From Chloroflexota bacterium (GTDB lineage: Bacteria > Chloroflexota > Anaerolineae > Anaerolineales > Villigracilaceae): a DNA stretch of 64,000 nucleotides. The position numbers and the translations under genes are program-made. Shown here piece after piece: positions 1 to 8,889 of the stretch. Location: assembly GCA_016191845.1 (NCBI GenBank), contig JACPVF010000015.1:343258-407257 (forward strand), read 5' to 3'. The notes beneath the pieces are model-generated. The model did not search any database. It was not told the DNA's origin and saw only the letters and a list, made by a program, of their open reading frames with translations. How positions within the stretch are numbered: the stretch's first letter is position 1; each line of letters begins with the position of its first letter.

Positions 1-232
1 TGGCCGAGGGGATGTCATTGTGCGGGGGGCAGGCGACCATGCACGGGGCGGGGTCAGGGCAGTGGATGCAGCGCGCAGCCTCGACCATGGCCCGCTCTGC
101 GTCAAAAGAGATGACCACGTCATCGAAATCACACGTGCGCTCCTCGGCGGGGCGCAAATCCAGGTCAAAGAAGGGGCGGTTGACCCTTTCCTTGCGGTCG
201 ATGGCTAGAAATTCACTGGGGACTGCCTGCAT
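1..232 (-). CDS. 5' part of a GltD-type (glutamate synthase small subunit-like) Fe-S/FAD oxidoreductase; the gene runs off the left edge
   Basis: My own minus-strand translation from the ATG at 232-230 gives MQAVPSEFLAIDRKERVNRPFFDLDLRPAEERTCDFDDVVISFDAERAMVEAARCIHCPDPAPCMVACPPHNDIPS. The C-x2-C-x5-C-x3-CP cluster after a DF..V segment is typical of the N-terminal Fe-S region of GltD/DPD-like proteins. It is absent from the ORF track because it has no stop in the window. Confidence 0.6.
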   Translation of the reverse strand, partial: MQAVPSEFLAIDRKERVNRPFFDLDLRPAEERTCDFDDVVISFDAERAMVEAARCIHCPDPAPCMVACPPHNDIPSA

Positions 233-624
233 GACGACGCCTCCGAACAATAAATTGCGCTTACAAAAGCTCCTGCCAGATTCGTGCTAATCCTTGGGCG
301 GCGGACTTAAGTCCATCCTGAGGTTGGCTCTACTAGTAACCTTGATTGTGATGATACCCAAGACCAAATAAATGCTCTATAGCTTTAATGTCACCAATGT
401 TGACGACAATCGTCACAATTTTAAGGTGCACAAAAATTCCCCTCCCGGTTTGCCCCCCGTTTACGCATATCTTATTTCTTTCTTACACACTTGCGTTAAA
501 ATCCACAAATGTTTTCATGCTTTCGATTGCCAGCCGCTGGTTCGATGTCTGCTGTAAGAAAGGTGCGGGTGGAGTTGACAGTATCCCTGGCGTGGAATTT
601 CACACTTTGTTCAAGGATGGCACC

Positions 625-1920
625 ATGAAGGAAAGACTTTCGAAAATCAGCCGCAGGACGTGGATCATTCTCGGCGTGGTTGCGGCGGTGGTCGCAGTTG
701 TGGCATATATGATCTTCGGGCGTGGCCGCGGTAACACCGACACGCAGTACACGACCGAAAAACTGAAGCGCGGTACATTGACCGCCACTGTGGGTGCGAC
801 GGGTACCGTCCGCGCCCAGCAGAGCGCAGTGCTCACTTGGGAGACCAATGGCACCGTGGAAAAGGTCGACGTAAAGGTGGGTGACCAGGTCCAGCAGGAC
901 CAGGTGCTGGCCACCCTGCAGAAGATCTCCCTGCCGCAAAATATCATCGCGGCTGAGGCGGACCTGATCAACGCCCAGCAGACACTTGATGACCTGCTGG
1001 CCTCGGATACAGCCCGCGCCCAGGCAGCCATCACCCTGCGTAAGGCCCAGGATAATTACGACACGGCCAAGTCCTACCGCGAGTCGCTTAATGAAAAGAT
1101 CGACCTGAAAAAGGTGACCTACATCTTCATCGCAGGCCGCAGGATTCCCCAGGTCAAATACTACAAGGGTTATGCTGATCCTGAGACCATCGCCAAGGCC
1201 GATGAGGATCTGGCGCTCAAGAAAGCCCAACTCGACGATGCCCAGCGCGAATATGACCGTCTGAAGGATGGTCCCAATTCAGCGGATGTGGCCGCAGCCC
1301 AGGCGCGTGTGGACGCCGCCCAGGCCACCCTCAACATGGCCCGCATCGCTGCTCCCTTTGCTGGCACCGTCACCCAGGCTGAGCCCCTGCCCGGGGATCA
1401 GGTCAGTGCGGGCACGACTGCCTTCCGCGTGGATGATCTCTCGCACTTCCTGGTGGACGTTCAGATCTCCGAGGTGGATATCAACTCCGTCTCAGTGGGG
1501 CAGCAGGTGACGCTCACCTTCGACGCCATCTTGAACAAAACCTATAACGGCAAGGTGGTGGAGGTCGGCCAGGCGGGCAACTCCGTGCAGGGCGTGGTCA
1601 GCTTCGACGTCACGATCGAATTGACCGATCCCGATCCCGCCGTCAAGCCTGGCATGACGGCAGGTATCAACATCGTCGTTACCGAATTGAAGGATGTGTT
1701 GATGATCCCCAACCGCGCGGTCCGCGTGGTGGATAACAAGCGTGTGGTGTACGTTTTGCGCAACGGACAGCCTGTAATGGTGGGAATCCGCCTCGGGCAA
1801 TCCTCCGATAATTACAGTGCGTTGGCCGACGGCGATCTGAAGGAAGGTGACCTAATCATCCTGAATCCGCCGACCACCTTCGGCCCGGGAGGTCCGGGCG
1901 GCGGTGGAGGCCCGTTCTAA
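625..1920 (+). CDS. HlyD/MacA-type periplasmic adaptor (membrane fusion protein) of an ABC efflux system
   Basis: In ORF 388..1920, the internal ATG at 625 follows AAGGATGG and gives [31 protein letters not shown] (an N-terminal TM anchor). A beta-barrel/coiled-coil adaptor-like sequence follows (TGTVRA...VGDQV..DQVLATL). The stop overlaps the start of the next gene. Confidence 0.85.
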   Translation: MKERLSKISRRTWIILGVVAAVVAVVAYMIFGRGRGNTDTQYTTEKLKRGTLTATVGATGTVRAQQSAVLTWETNGTVEKVDVKVGDQVQQDQVLATLQKISLPQNIIAAEADLINAQQTLDDLLASDTARAQAAITLRKAQDNYDTAKSYRESLNEKIDLKKVTYIFIAGRRIPQVKYYKGYADPETIAKADEDLALKKAQLDDAQREYDRLKDGPNSADVAAAQARVDAAQATLNMARIAAPFAGTVTQAEPLPGDQVSAGTTAFRVDDLSHFLVDVQISEVDINSVSVGQQVTLTFDAILNKTYNGKVVEVGQAGNSVQGVVSFDVTIELTDPDPAVKPGMTAGINIVVTELKDVLMIPNRAVRVVDNKRVVYVLRNGQPVMVGIRLGQSSDNYSALADGDLKEGDLIILNPPTTFGPGGPGGGGGPF

Positions 1921-2600
1921 TGGCTGCCGATAATGTTATCGAAGTCCGTGAACTGACCAAGACCTATAAGATGGGTGAAGTGGAGGTGCAGGCTCTGCGG
2001 GGCGTGTCCTTCGCCATCCAACGTGGGGAGGTGGTCTCCATTATGGGGCCTTCAGGCTCGGGCAAGTCCACGATCATGAACACACTGGGTTGTCTCGATC
2101 GCCCTACCTCGGGAGAGTACTTCCTCGACGGGGAGTCGGTGGCGCAGATGACTGATGATCAGCTGGCCAGCGTACGCAATCGCAAGGTTGGCTTCGTGTT
2201 CCAAAGCTTCAACCTGCTCTCGCGTCAGACTGCCACATTCAACGTGGAACTGCCCCTGCGTTATGCGGGCCTCGTGGAAGAACGCCGCGCCAAGGCGGAG
2301 GCCGCCCTGCGCGCCGTGGGTCTCGAACAGCGCATGAACCATCGTCCCACTGAACTTTCGGGCGGACAGCAGCAGCGCGTGGCCATTGCCCGCGCCATCG
2401 TCAACGACCCTGCCATCATCATGGCCGATGAGCCGACCGGCAACCTCGACAGTCGCGTGGGCAAGGAGATCATGTCCCTGCTGTTGAACCTGAACAAGGA
2501 ACGCGGTACGACCCTGATCATTGTCACGCATGATCCGAACATTGCCGACCAGACCCAACGCGTCATCCGTTTGCGGGACGGTCTTTTGGAGGCGGCATGA
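1920..2600 (+). CDS. MacB/LolD-type ABC transporter ATP-binding protein
   Basis: Walker [10 protein letters not shown], signature LSGGQQQR, Walker [14 protein letters not shown]-loop VTHD. There is a 4-nt overlap with the downstream permease gene. Confidence 0.93.
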   Translation: MAADNVIEVRELTKTYKMGEVEVQALRGVSFAIQRGEVVSIMGPSGSGKSTIMNTLGCLDRPTSGEYFLDGESVAQMTDDQLASVRNRKVGFVFQSFNLLSRQTATFNVELPLRYAGLVEERRAKAEAALRAVGLEQRMNHRPTELSGGQQQRVAIARAIVNDPAIIMADEPTGNLDSRVGKEIMSLLLNLNKERGTTLIIVTHDPNIADQTQRVIRLRDGLLEAA

Positions 2601-3826
2601 ATTTTACTCAAACCATCATCGAAGCCTTGGAAAGCATCATGTCCAACAAGCTTCGCTCAGGCCTGACGGTGCTGGGCATCGTCATCGGCGTGGCGGCAGT
2701 GATCGCCATGCTGGCCGTCGGCAACGGCGCACAGGACAGCATTACAGGCTCGATCAGCGGCATCGGCACCAACCTGCTGTTCGTCTTTCGCGGCGGTACG
2801 GACAATTCCATCCGCAACGTCAAGCCATTGACCCTGCAGGACGCTGACGCGCTGGCCGACCCCTTTGCGGCGCCTTCGGTGGCGGCGGTCTCGCCCGTGT
2901 TACAAACCGATGCCGAAGTTTCCTACGGCGGCGAGGTGACCACCACCACCATCACGGGTGCACTGCCTTCCTATTTCCCCGTTCGAAACTTGAACGTGAC
3001 TGAGGGCGAGCTTCTGACCGAGGAAAACATCCTGGGACGGGCCTCGGTGGCGTTGATCGGCCCCGATACGGCGGACAAGCTCTTTGGTCGGCACGAAGGC
3101 CTGACGGGCGAGACCATCCGCATCGCGGGACAGCCTTTCCGTATCATCGGTGTGTTGGAATCCAAGGGCGGCGGCTCCTTCGGCAGCCAGGACGACGTGG
3201 TCATCATCCCATTGACCAGTGCGCAGACCCGCCTGGTCCACCGCGCCAATGCGGACCAAGTGGACGTGATCTTCGTGCAAGCCGTCAGCGCTGAGGCGGT
3301 GCCCCAGGCCACGCAGGAGATTTCTGACATCCTGCGCCAGCGCCATCGCACCGAGATCGGCGCGGACGATTTCACCGTCTTCAGCCAGCAGGATTTCCTC
3401 TCGACGGCGGCTTCCATCACGGGAGTGTTGACCATCTTCTTGGGCGGCATCGCGGCCATCTCGCTCTTGGTGGGTGGCATCGGCATCATGAACATCATGC
3501 TGGTCTCGGTCACCGAACGCACGCGCGAGATCGGCCTGCGCAAGGCGCTCGGCGCGCGCAAACGCGACATCCTGATCCAGTTTCTGACCGAGTCCTCGCT
3601 GTTGAGTTTGATCGGCGGCCTGATCGGGATCGGTCTGGGGTGGCTGATTGCCTTCATCGTTGGAAGGGTGGCAGCCGCCACGGGAACGGTCTTCAATCCC
3701 CGCGTTGGGCTGGATGCCGTTCTCCTGGCCACGCTCTTCTCGGCGGCGGTCGGCCTGTTCTTTGGCATCTACCCTGCCAACCGTGCGGCGGGCCTTGAAC
3801 CTGTCGAGGCGCTGCGATACGAGTAA
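2597..3826 (+). CDS. MacB-type ABC transporter permease (FtsX family with a large periplasmic domain)
   Basis: 409 aa. An N-terminal TM ([21 protein letters not shown]) is followed by a periplasmic domain of about 220 aa and a C-terminal FtsX-like 3-TM bundle ([14 protein letters not shown]...YPANRAA). Confidence 0.9.
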   Translation: MNFTQTIIEALESIMSNKLRSGLTVLGIVIGVAAVIAMLAVGNGAQDSITGSISGIGTNLLFVFRGGTDNSIRNVKPLTLQDADALADPFAAPSVAAVSPVLQTDAEVSYGGEVTTTTITGALPSYFPVRNLNVTEGELLTEENILGRASVALIGPDTADKLFGRHEGLTGETIRIAGQPFRIIGVLESKGGGSFGSQDDVVIIPLTSAQTRLVHRANADQVDVIFVQAVSAEAVPQATQEISDILRQRHRTEIGADDFTVFSQQDFLSTAASITGVLTIFLGGIAAISLLVGGIGIMNIMLVSVTERTREIGLRKALGARKRDILIQFLTESSLLSLIGGLIGIGLGWLIAFIVGRVAAATGTVFNPRVGLDAVLLATLFSAAVGLFFGIYPANRAAGLEPVEALRYE

Positions 3827-3828
3827 CG

Positions 3829-3863
3829 AAAAGCAGGTCACGCTTAGCGTGACCTGCTTTTTT
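3829..3863 (+). terminator. Rho-independent terminator after the efflux operon
   Basis: AAAAGCAGGTCACGC-TTA-GCGTGACCTGCTTTTTT lies 3 nt after the stop. It is a GC-rich stem followed by a T-run. Confidence 0.8.
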
Positions 3864-3949
3864 ATACCCTTCTAAAGTAGGATGTAAACTGTCCTTGAGT
3901 ACGATAAAATCGAAACATTGTTCGTGATCCTTCCATTTCTAGGAGACCC

Positions 3950-5452
3950 ATGAGCGAAAAACTGAATCAACTCAAAGAGATCCTGGGCGAAGTGGCCGAC
4001 CTGCGCAACGCGGGCGCGGTCCTCGGCTGGGACCAGCAGACCTACATGCCGCAGGGTGGCTCGGATGCCCGCGGACACCAGCTTGGCACGCTGGGCAAGC
4101 TGGCGCAGATCAAGTTCACCTCCGACGAGGTCGGCCAATTGCTCGAGGACCTCAAGACTGAGTTCGCAGGTGTGGATCTGGCCGACGACGATGCGGCCCT
4201 GATCCGCGTCACGGCTCGCGATTATGAGAAGGCCAAACGCGTCCCGCCCGAGTTCGTGGTCGAGTCGGCGATTGTCACCACCAAGGCCTTCGACGCCTGG
4301 ATGGAAGCCCGCCAGAAATCGGACTTCTCCATCTTCCGCCCGCATCTCGAAAAGGTGGTGGAGCTCACCAAACGGTACGTCTCCTTCTTCCCGCCTGCCG
4401 AGCATCCCTACGATACCCTGTTGGATGACTTCGAGCCTGGCATGAAGACCGCCGACGTCAAAGTCATCTTTGAGAACCTGCGCCCGAAGCAGGTCAAACT
4501 GCTCCAGCAGATTGCCGCCGCCAAACAGGTGAAGGATGACTTCCTGTACGGCAAGTACAACGAAAAGAAGATGGACGCCTTCAGTGTCGGCATTGCCACT
4601 CAGTTTGGCTATGACTGGACCAAGGGCCGCCAGGACCGCGCGCCGCATCCGTTCTGCACCACCTTCAGCGTCAACGATGTGCGCATCACGACCCGCTTCG
4701 AGAAGGACAACCCGACTGCCATGTTGTTCAGCACCATGCACGAGACGGGTCACGCGCTCTACGAAATGGGCTCCAAGCAGGAGTTCGACCGCACCCCGCT
4801 GATGGGTGGCGCATCGCTGGCCGTCCACGAGTCGCAGTCGCGCATGTGGGAGAACCTGGTCGGGCGATCCTTCGCCTTCTGGGAGCACTTCTACCCGCAG
4901 TTCAAGAAACTCTTCCCCGCCCAACTCGACGGCGTGGGCCTCAAGGCTTTCTACAAAGCCATCAACAAGGTGGAACCGTCCTTCATCCGCGTCAATGCCG
5001 ACGAGGCCACCTACAACATGCACATCATGCTGCGCCTCGAACTGGAGATCGGCATGGTTGAAGGCAGCATCGAGGTCAAGGACCTGCCTGAGATCTGGAA
5101 TGCCAAGATGAATGATTACCTCGGCATCACACCTGCCAATGATGCGCAGGGTGTCCTCCAGGATATGCACTGGTCGGGCGGCGCCATCGGCTACTTCTCG
5201 ACCTACGCGCTCGGCAACATCGTCTCGGCCCAGTTGTGGGAGAAGATCAACAAGGATCTGCCCCATCTGGATGACGAGATCCGCAAGGGCAAGTTCGACT
5301 CGCTGCTCGGCTGGCTGCGCACCAACCTGCACGTCCACGGCCGCAAGTTCGACCCGCAGGACCTGGTCCAGAAGATCACGGGCTCGAAGATCGACTCCGC
5401 CGCGTATGTCCGCTACCTGACGAAGAAGTATAGCGAAGTGTACGGGCTGTAG
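3950..5452 (+). CDS. M32 family metallocarboxypeptidase (Taq-type carboxypeptidase)
   Basis: 500 aa with the HETGHALYE zinc motif (HExxH) and the downstream HESQSRMWEN and IRVNADEATYNMH segments characteristic of M32. RBS TAGGAGA lies upstream. Confidence 0.92.
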   Translation: MSEKLNQLKEILGEVADLRNAGAVLGWDQQTYMPQGGSDARGHQLGTLGKLAQIKFTSDEVGQLLEDLKTEFAGVDLADDDAALIRVTARDYEKAKRVPPEFVVESAIVTTKAFDAWMEARQKSDFSIFRPHLEKVVELTKRYVSFFPPAEHPYDTLLDDFEPGMKTADVKVIFENLRPKQVKLLQQIAAAKQVKDDFLYGKYNEKKMDAFSVGIATQFGYDWTKGRQDRAPHPFCTTFSVNDVRITTRFEKDNPTAMLFSTMHETGHALYEMGSKQEFDRTPLMGGASLAVHESQSRMWENLVGRSFAFWEHFYPQFKKLFPAQLDGVGLKAFYKAINKVEPSFIRVNADEATYNMHIMLRLELEIGMVEGSIEVKDLPEIWNAKMNDYLGITPANDAQGVLQDMHWSGGAIGYFSTYALGNIVSAQLWEKINKDLPHLDDEIRKGKFDSLLGWLRTNLHVHGRKFDPQDLVQKITGSKIDSAAYVRYLTKKYSEVYGL

Positions 5453-5495
5453 GAGATTGCCTGGGGCTAACGCCCTCACAATGACATGTTCTTCA

Positions 5496-5540
5496 ACAAG
5501 TCCAACAAGTCGACCTGACTTGTTGGACTTGTGTGATATT
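5496..5540 (+). terminator. Long perfect hairpin, probable terminator of the carboxypeptidase gene
   Basis: ACAAGTCCAACAAGTC (5496-5511), loop GACCT, then GACTTGTTGGACTTGT (5517-5532): a 16-bp perfect stem. It is followed by GTGATATTT, a weak U-run. Confidence 0.6.
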
Positions 5541-5618
5541 TAATACCCACGGGTGAGATTGCGCTTTCCACCCTCTAAAAAAGTGCAATTTTCACCCGAG
5601 TGCGGTATAAACGGCCCC

Positions 5619-6518
5619 ATGCTCCGAAAGATATTCACCCTGCTCACCCTCGCTGGACTTCTGGCTGGTTGTGCGCCAACGGCCGCTCCCACGCTGTTGC
5701 CCGAGGAACTCGTCCCGACCATCATTGCGCTGACGGCAAACGCCGCCTCCACGGCCACCGCAGAAGGGTTCACGCCCACGCCAATCCCTGAAACCGCCGT
5801 CCCCACGCTGACGCCTGTCCCGCCCACCCCGCTTCCCACGTTGACCTTCACCCCGCGGCCCGACATCCCGCTGGCGCAGATTCAATTCCTTTCGCCTGGA
5901 CCGATGTCGCACTACGTCTCGCCGTTGCAAACACAATTATTAATCGTGGCGGGCGAGAGCGAAGTGGTCCAGGTCGATCTGCTTGGCGAGGATGGCCGCC
6001 TGCTTGGCCGCGTTGTGGACCGCATGAGCCGCCTGCTTTCGGGTGTGTACAAGGTCTACAAGATCCCCTTCGAGATCCGCGCCGCTGCCGAGACGGGCCT
6101 GTTGCAGATCAGCACTCGTGACAAGCAGGGACGTATGCGCGCACTCAATTCCCTGCCTCTGGTGTTGATGTCCTCGGGCACCACCGAGCCAACCCCTGCA
6201 GGCAATATGATCTACGAACGCGCGGTCTTCCTCACGCCTGTGAATGGGGCCGAGGCCATCGATGGGGAACTGGCCGTCACAGGGACCTACTGGCCGTTCA
6301 ACACCGAACCTGTCTTCCTTGAGTTGATCCTGCCTGACGGAAAAGTCACTGGGCTGCGTGTGTTGAACTTCAACGGGATCGACCCGCAGGAATTTTCGAC
6401 GACCGTGCCCTTCAAGGTCACCGAGCGGACTCTGGCCCTGCTCTCCATCCGCCAGATGGACCCCGTGTTGAATGCACCGATCTACGTGTACACCCGCGAG
6501 GTCTGGTTGAATCCATAG
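5619..6518 (+). CDS. Putative lipoprotein with a Pro/Thr-rich linker and beta-rich (possibly Ig-like) domains
   Basis: The internal ATG at 5619 gives MLRKIFTLLTLAGLLAGC, a lipobox (L-A-G-C). A P/T-rich tether follows. I recognise no catalytic motif. Confidence 0.7.
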   Translation: MLRKIFTLLTLAGLLAGCAPTAAPTLLPEELVPTIIALTANAASTATAEGFTPTPIPETAVPTLTPVPPTPLPTLTFTPRPDIPLAQIQFLSPGPMSHYVSPLQTQLLIVAGESEVVQVDLLGEDGRLLGRVVDRMSRLLSGVYKVYKIPFEIRAAAETGLLQISTRDKQGRMRALNSLPLVLMSSGTTEPTPAGNMIYERAVFLTPVNGAEAIDGELAVTGTYWPFNTEPVFLELILPDGKVTGLRVLNFNGIDPQEFSTTVPFKVTERTLALLSIRQMDPVLNAPIYVYTREVWLNP

Positions 6519-6532
6519 GTCAAAATCTGGGC

Positions 6533-6560
6533 TTGTCAAAGCTTGTTTCGATGGTATAAT
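6533..6560 (+). promoter_or_regulatory. Sigma-70-type promoter of tRNA-Pro with an extended -10
   Basis: TTGTCA (6533-6538), a 16-nt spacer ending in TGG, then TATAAT (6555-6560). The tRNA begins 13 nt downstream. Confidence 0.65.
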
Positions 6561-6572
6561 CGCGTCCGCTAT

Positions 6573-6647
6573 CGGGGCGTGGCTCAGCCCGGCTAGAGCG
6601 CACGGTTCGGGTCCGTGAGGTCCCCAGTTCAAATCTGGGCGCCCCGA
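6573..6647 (+). tRNA. tRNA-Pro: tRNA-Pro (anticodon CGG)
   Basis: Cloverleaf folded by hand. Acceptor CGGGGCG/CGCCCCG; D-stem GCTC/GAGC; anticodon stem CACGG/CCGTG with loop TTCGGGT (CGG at 6608-6610); T-stem CCCAG/CTGGG with loop TTCAAAT; discriminator A. CCA is not encoded. Confidence 0.93.
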
Positions 6648-6660
6648 CAGAAAGTAAGAA

Positions 6661-6692
6661 AAGACTCCCAACCCGAGGGAGTCTTTTGTTTT
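6661..6692 (+). terminator. Rho-independent terminator after tRNA-Pro
   Basis: AAGACTCCC-AACCCGA-GGGAGTCTT followed by TTGTTTT. Confidence 0.8.
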
Positions 6693-6824
6693 AGCAGGTC
6701 ATTGCGGGCAAAGCGAAGCGATCTCCATATATCGACGCATTGATCCATCCGCAACCTTTAGGGGCATTGATTCGTAATTAGAGCGTAAGGTTCCAGATTT
6801 CACAATCCTTTATACTTGACTTGC

Positions 6825-8801
6825 ATGATTACCTCGAAGCCCGTCACGCCTTCCACCTCCACCCACACCTCGCTCAAGGATCGCCCTACGTTGCGATTCG
6901 CGCTGCAGGCGGCCTGGGTGTCGGTGGTCGTGTACATTTTGTACACGTTTGCTGTCGGGCTTTCGCTTACGGATGTGATGCACACCAACCTCCTGCGCCA
7001 GATCGCGCGGGTGGGGCTGAACCTGCTCACCTTCTCCGCCATTGACATCATCAGCGATATTTACATTTTGCTCGGTTATTTCGGGTTGGCGGTCATGCTC
7101 TTCATCCGCCGCTCTGACGACTGGTTTGCCATCTTCCTCTCGGTCATGATCATGACCTTCGGCGTCAGTGTGACCAGCATCGGGAATAACCTGGCCGCCA
7201 GCGAAAAGTTTGGCACGTTGGCCAGCCCAATCCTGATGGCGGGACAAGCCAGCATTGTTCTGTTGGGATGGCTGTACCCCGATGGACGCTTCAATCCGCG
7301 TTGGCTGAGATATCTGACCCCGTTCCTGTTCCTGACCATGATTGTTTTCTACTGGCCGGGCTCGCCCATTAGCCGTGCGTTTGCGAATCTGCCCCTCTTC
7401 CTGCTGGTGTCATTGTTCTGGTATTTGGGGACGGTCGTGGTGATGGTCTCGCGCTATCACACTGCGGCCACGTCGAGCCAGCGTCAGCACATCCGCATGG
7501 TATTCATTGGGATGATGGGGCCGCTGGCCTGGTTCATCCTGTTCAACGGGGGATACCTGCTCTTCCCGTCCTTGCAAAACCAGACTGCGTTTGCAGGGGT
7601 CACCTTCCTGGTGGTGATGCGTTTCCTCAGCATCGGGTTGTTCCTGATCTTCCCGCTGGCGCTGACCATCGCCATTGCCCGCTACCGCCTCTTCGACGTG
7701 GACCTGGTCATCAACCGCGCCCTGGTCTACGGCGCGCTGACGACGGCGCTGGTGACCATCTTTGGGTTTGTGCTGTTGCTGGTCAACGCGCTGTGGTCGG
7801 CGGTGATGGGCGGACGGGCGTCCGCGCTGGCTTTGACGGTATCCGCCGTCGCCGCGGGGGCGTTATTCCAGCCAACCCGAAAATTCCTCCAGCGTTTCGT
7901 GGATCGCTTCATCTATCACATTCACATCGACTATCTCAAGACGCCCGTCGGGCCGCGCAAGAAGGGCGGCAGCGATACCGATGCCACTCTGTCGGCGCCG
8001 GCACTCTTTTCCAATTACAGCAACCTGTCGCTGATCGGCAAGGGCGGTATGGCGGAAGTCTATCGCGCGGAGGACACCACCCATGGTCGGGAGGTGGCGA
8101 TCAAGGTGCTGCTCTCGAACCTGGCCGAGGACGAGCAGTTCCGCAAGCGTTTCCAGCGGGAGGCGCAGGCGTTGGCGGGCCTGGAACATCCCAACATCGT
8201 GCGCCTGTACGATTACGGCATCGAGAACAACCTGTATTTCATGGTGATGGAATATCTGAACGGTTTGAGCCTGTCGAGTGCACTGCGTCAGGGTGGCAAG
8301 ATGGACATGGACATGGCCCGACCCATCCTGTCGAACATCGCTGACGCGTTGGATTATGCCCACGCGGCGGGGCTGGTGCATCGCGATATCAAGCCATCCA
8401 ACGTGATGCTGGATTCCAGTCGCGGGTCATTGCGTGCGGTGCTGACCGATTTCGGCATCGTCAAGATGCCGACCACGATGACGAACATCACCGAGTCGGC
8501 AGTGATCGGCACCTTCGATTACATCGCACCCGAGCAGATCCAGGCGACGGGCCAACTCGACGGCCGCGCGGATATCTACGCCCTAGGCGTGATGGCTTAC
8601 CAAATGTTGACGGGCGCACTGCCTTTTAAACGCAATTCGCCTGGTGCTCTGTTGCTGGCGCACATGACCGCGCCTGCACCCGACATCCGCGAGGTTGAGC
8701 CCACGACTTCTCAAAACACAGCACGCGCCATTCAAAAGGCGATGGCCAAGGAACCTGTCAATCGCTTTGCCACGGCTAGAGAGTTCGTAGCGGCCTTATA
8801 A
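6825..8801 (+). CDS. Hanks-type Ser/Thr protein kinase with an N-terminal polytopic membrane sensor-like module
   Basis: The C-terminal ~270 aa carry GKGGMAEVY (G-loop), VAIKVL, HRDIKPSNVML, DFGIVK and APEQ. The N-terminal ~380 aa are about 10 hydrophobic helices ending in ARYRLFDVDLVINRALVYG...FQPTRKFLQRFVDRFIY. The first ATG is at 6825; the ORF track begins at a TTG at 6816. Confidence 0.9.
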   Translation: MITSKPVTPSTSTHTSLKDRPTLRFALQAAWVSVVVYILYTFAVGLSLTDVMHTNLLRQIARVGLNLLTFSAIDIISDIYILLGYFGLAVMLFIRRSDDWFAIFLSVMIMTFGVSVTSIGNNLAASEKFGTLASPILMAGQASIVLLGWLYPDGRFNPRWLRYLTPFLFLTMIVFYWPGSPISRAFANLPLFLLVSLFWYLGTVVVMVSRYHTAATSSQRQHIRMVFIGMMGPLAWFILFNGGYLLFPSLQNQTAFAGVTFLVVMRFLSIGLFLIFPLALTIAIARYRLFDVDLVINRALVYGALTTALVTIFGFVLLLVNALWSAVMGGRASALALTVSAVAAGALFQPTRKFLQRFVDRFIYHIHIDYLKTPVGPRKKGGSDTDATLSAPALFSNYSNLSLIGKGGMAEVYRAEDTTHGREVAIKVLLSNLAEDEQFRKRFQREAQALAGLEHPNIVRLYDYGIENNLYFMVMEYLNGLSLSSALRQGGKMDMDMARPILSNIADALDYAHAAGLVHRDIKPSNVMLDSSRGSLRAVLTDFGIVKMPTTMTNITESAVIGTFDYIAPEQIQATGQLDGRADIYALGVMAYQMLTGALPFKRNSPGALLLAHMTAPAPDIREVEPTTSQNTARAIQKAMAKEPVNRFATAREFVAAL

Positions 8802-8837
8802 AAAAGGCAGTCGTCTTGATCAAGACGACTGCCTTTT
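8802..8837. terminator. Bidirectional terminator between the convergent kinase and aminotransferase genes
   Basis: AAAAGGCAGTCGTCTTG-AT-CAAGACGACTGCCTTTT, a near-perfect 17-bp palindrome flanked by an A-run and a T-run. Confidence 0.8.
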
Positions 8838-8889
8838 CATTTACGGGGGTGACCGAATGAAGCAAATCTGCGGATTTCGGGCCAGGGAC

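Noticed and set aside
12-290. Plus-strand ORFs of 92 and 62 aa at the window start.
   Set aside because: Their sequences are Arg/Ser/Gly-rich and featureless. The minus strand over the same bases encodes a convincing GltD-like N-terminus with a Cys cluster.
290-624. An AT-rich upstream region of efflux set 1, with TTGACG...TAAGGT and a small inverted repeat GACGA-CAA-TCGTC (about 400-412) as a possible promoter/operator.
   Set aside because: The hexamers and spacing are mediocre, the 5-bp inverted repeat is too short to be meaningful on its own, and no regulator gene is adjacent.
3872-5479. A 535-aa minus-strand ORF antisense to the M32 carboxypeptidase. Similar long antisense ORFs occur at 14995-16155(+), 17438-18589(+), 19156-20421(+), 25984-27108(+), 36265-37710(-), 40315-42444(-), 50877-52658(+) and 57217-58542(+).
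   Set aside because: Their translations are low-complexity and rich in R/G/H/D/V/L, with no recognisable motifs. In every case the opposite strand encodes a protein with multiple family-defining motifs. Long stop-free antisense frames are expected in GC-rich DNA.
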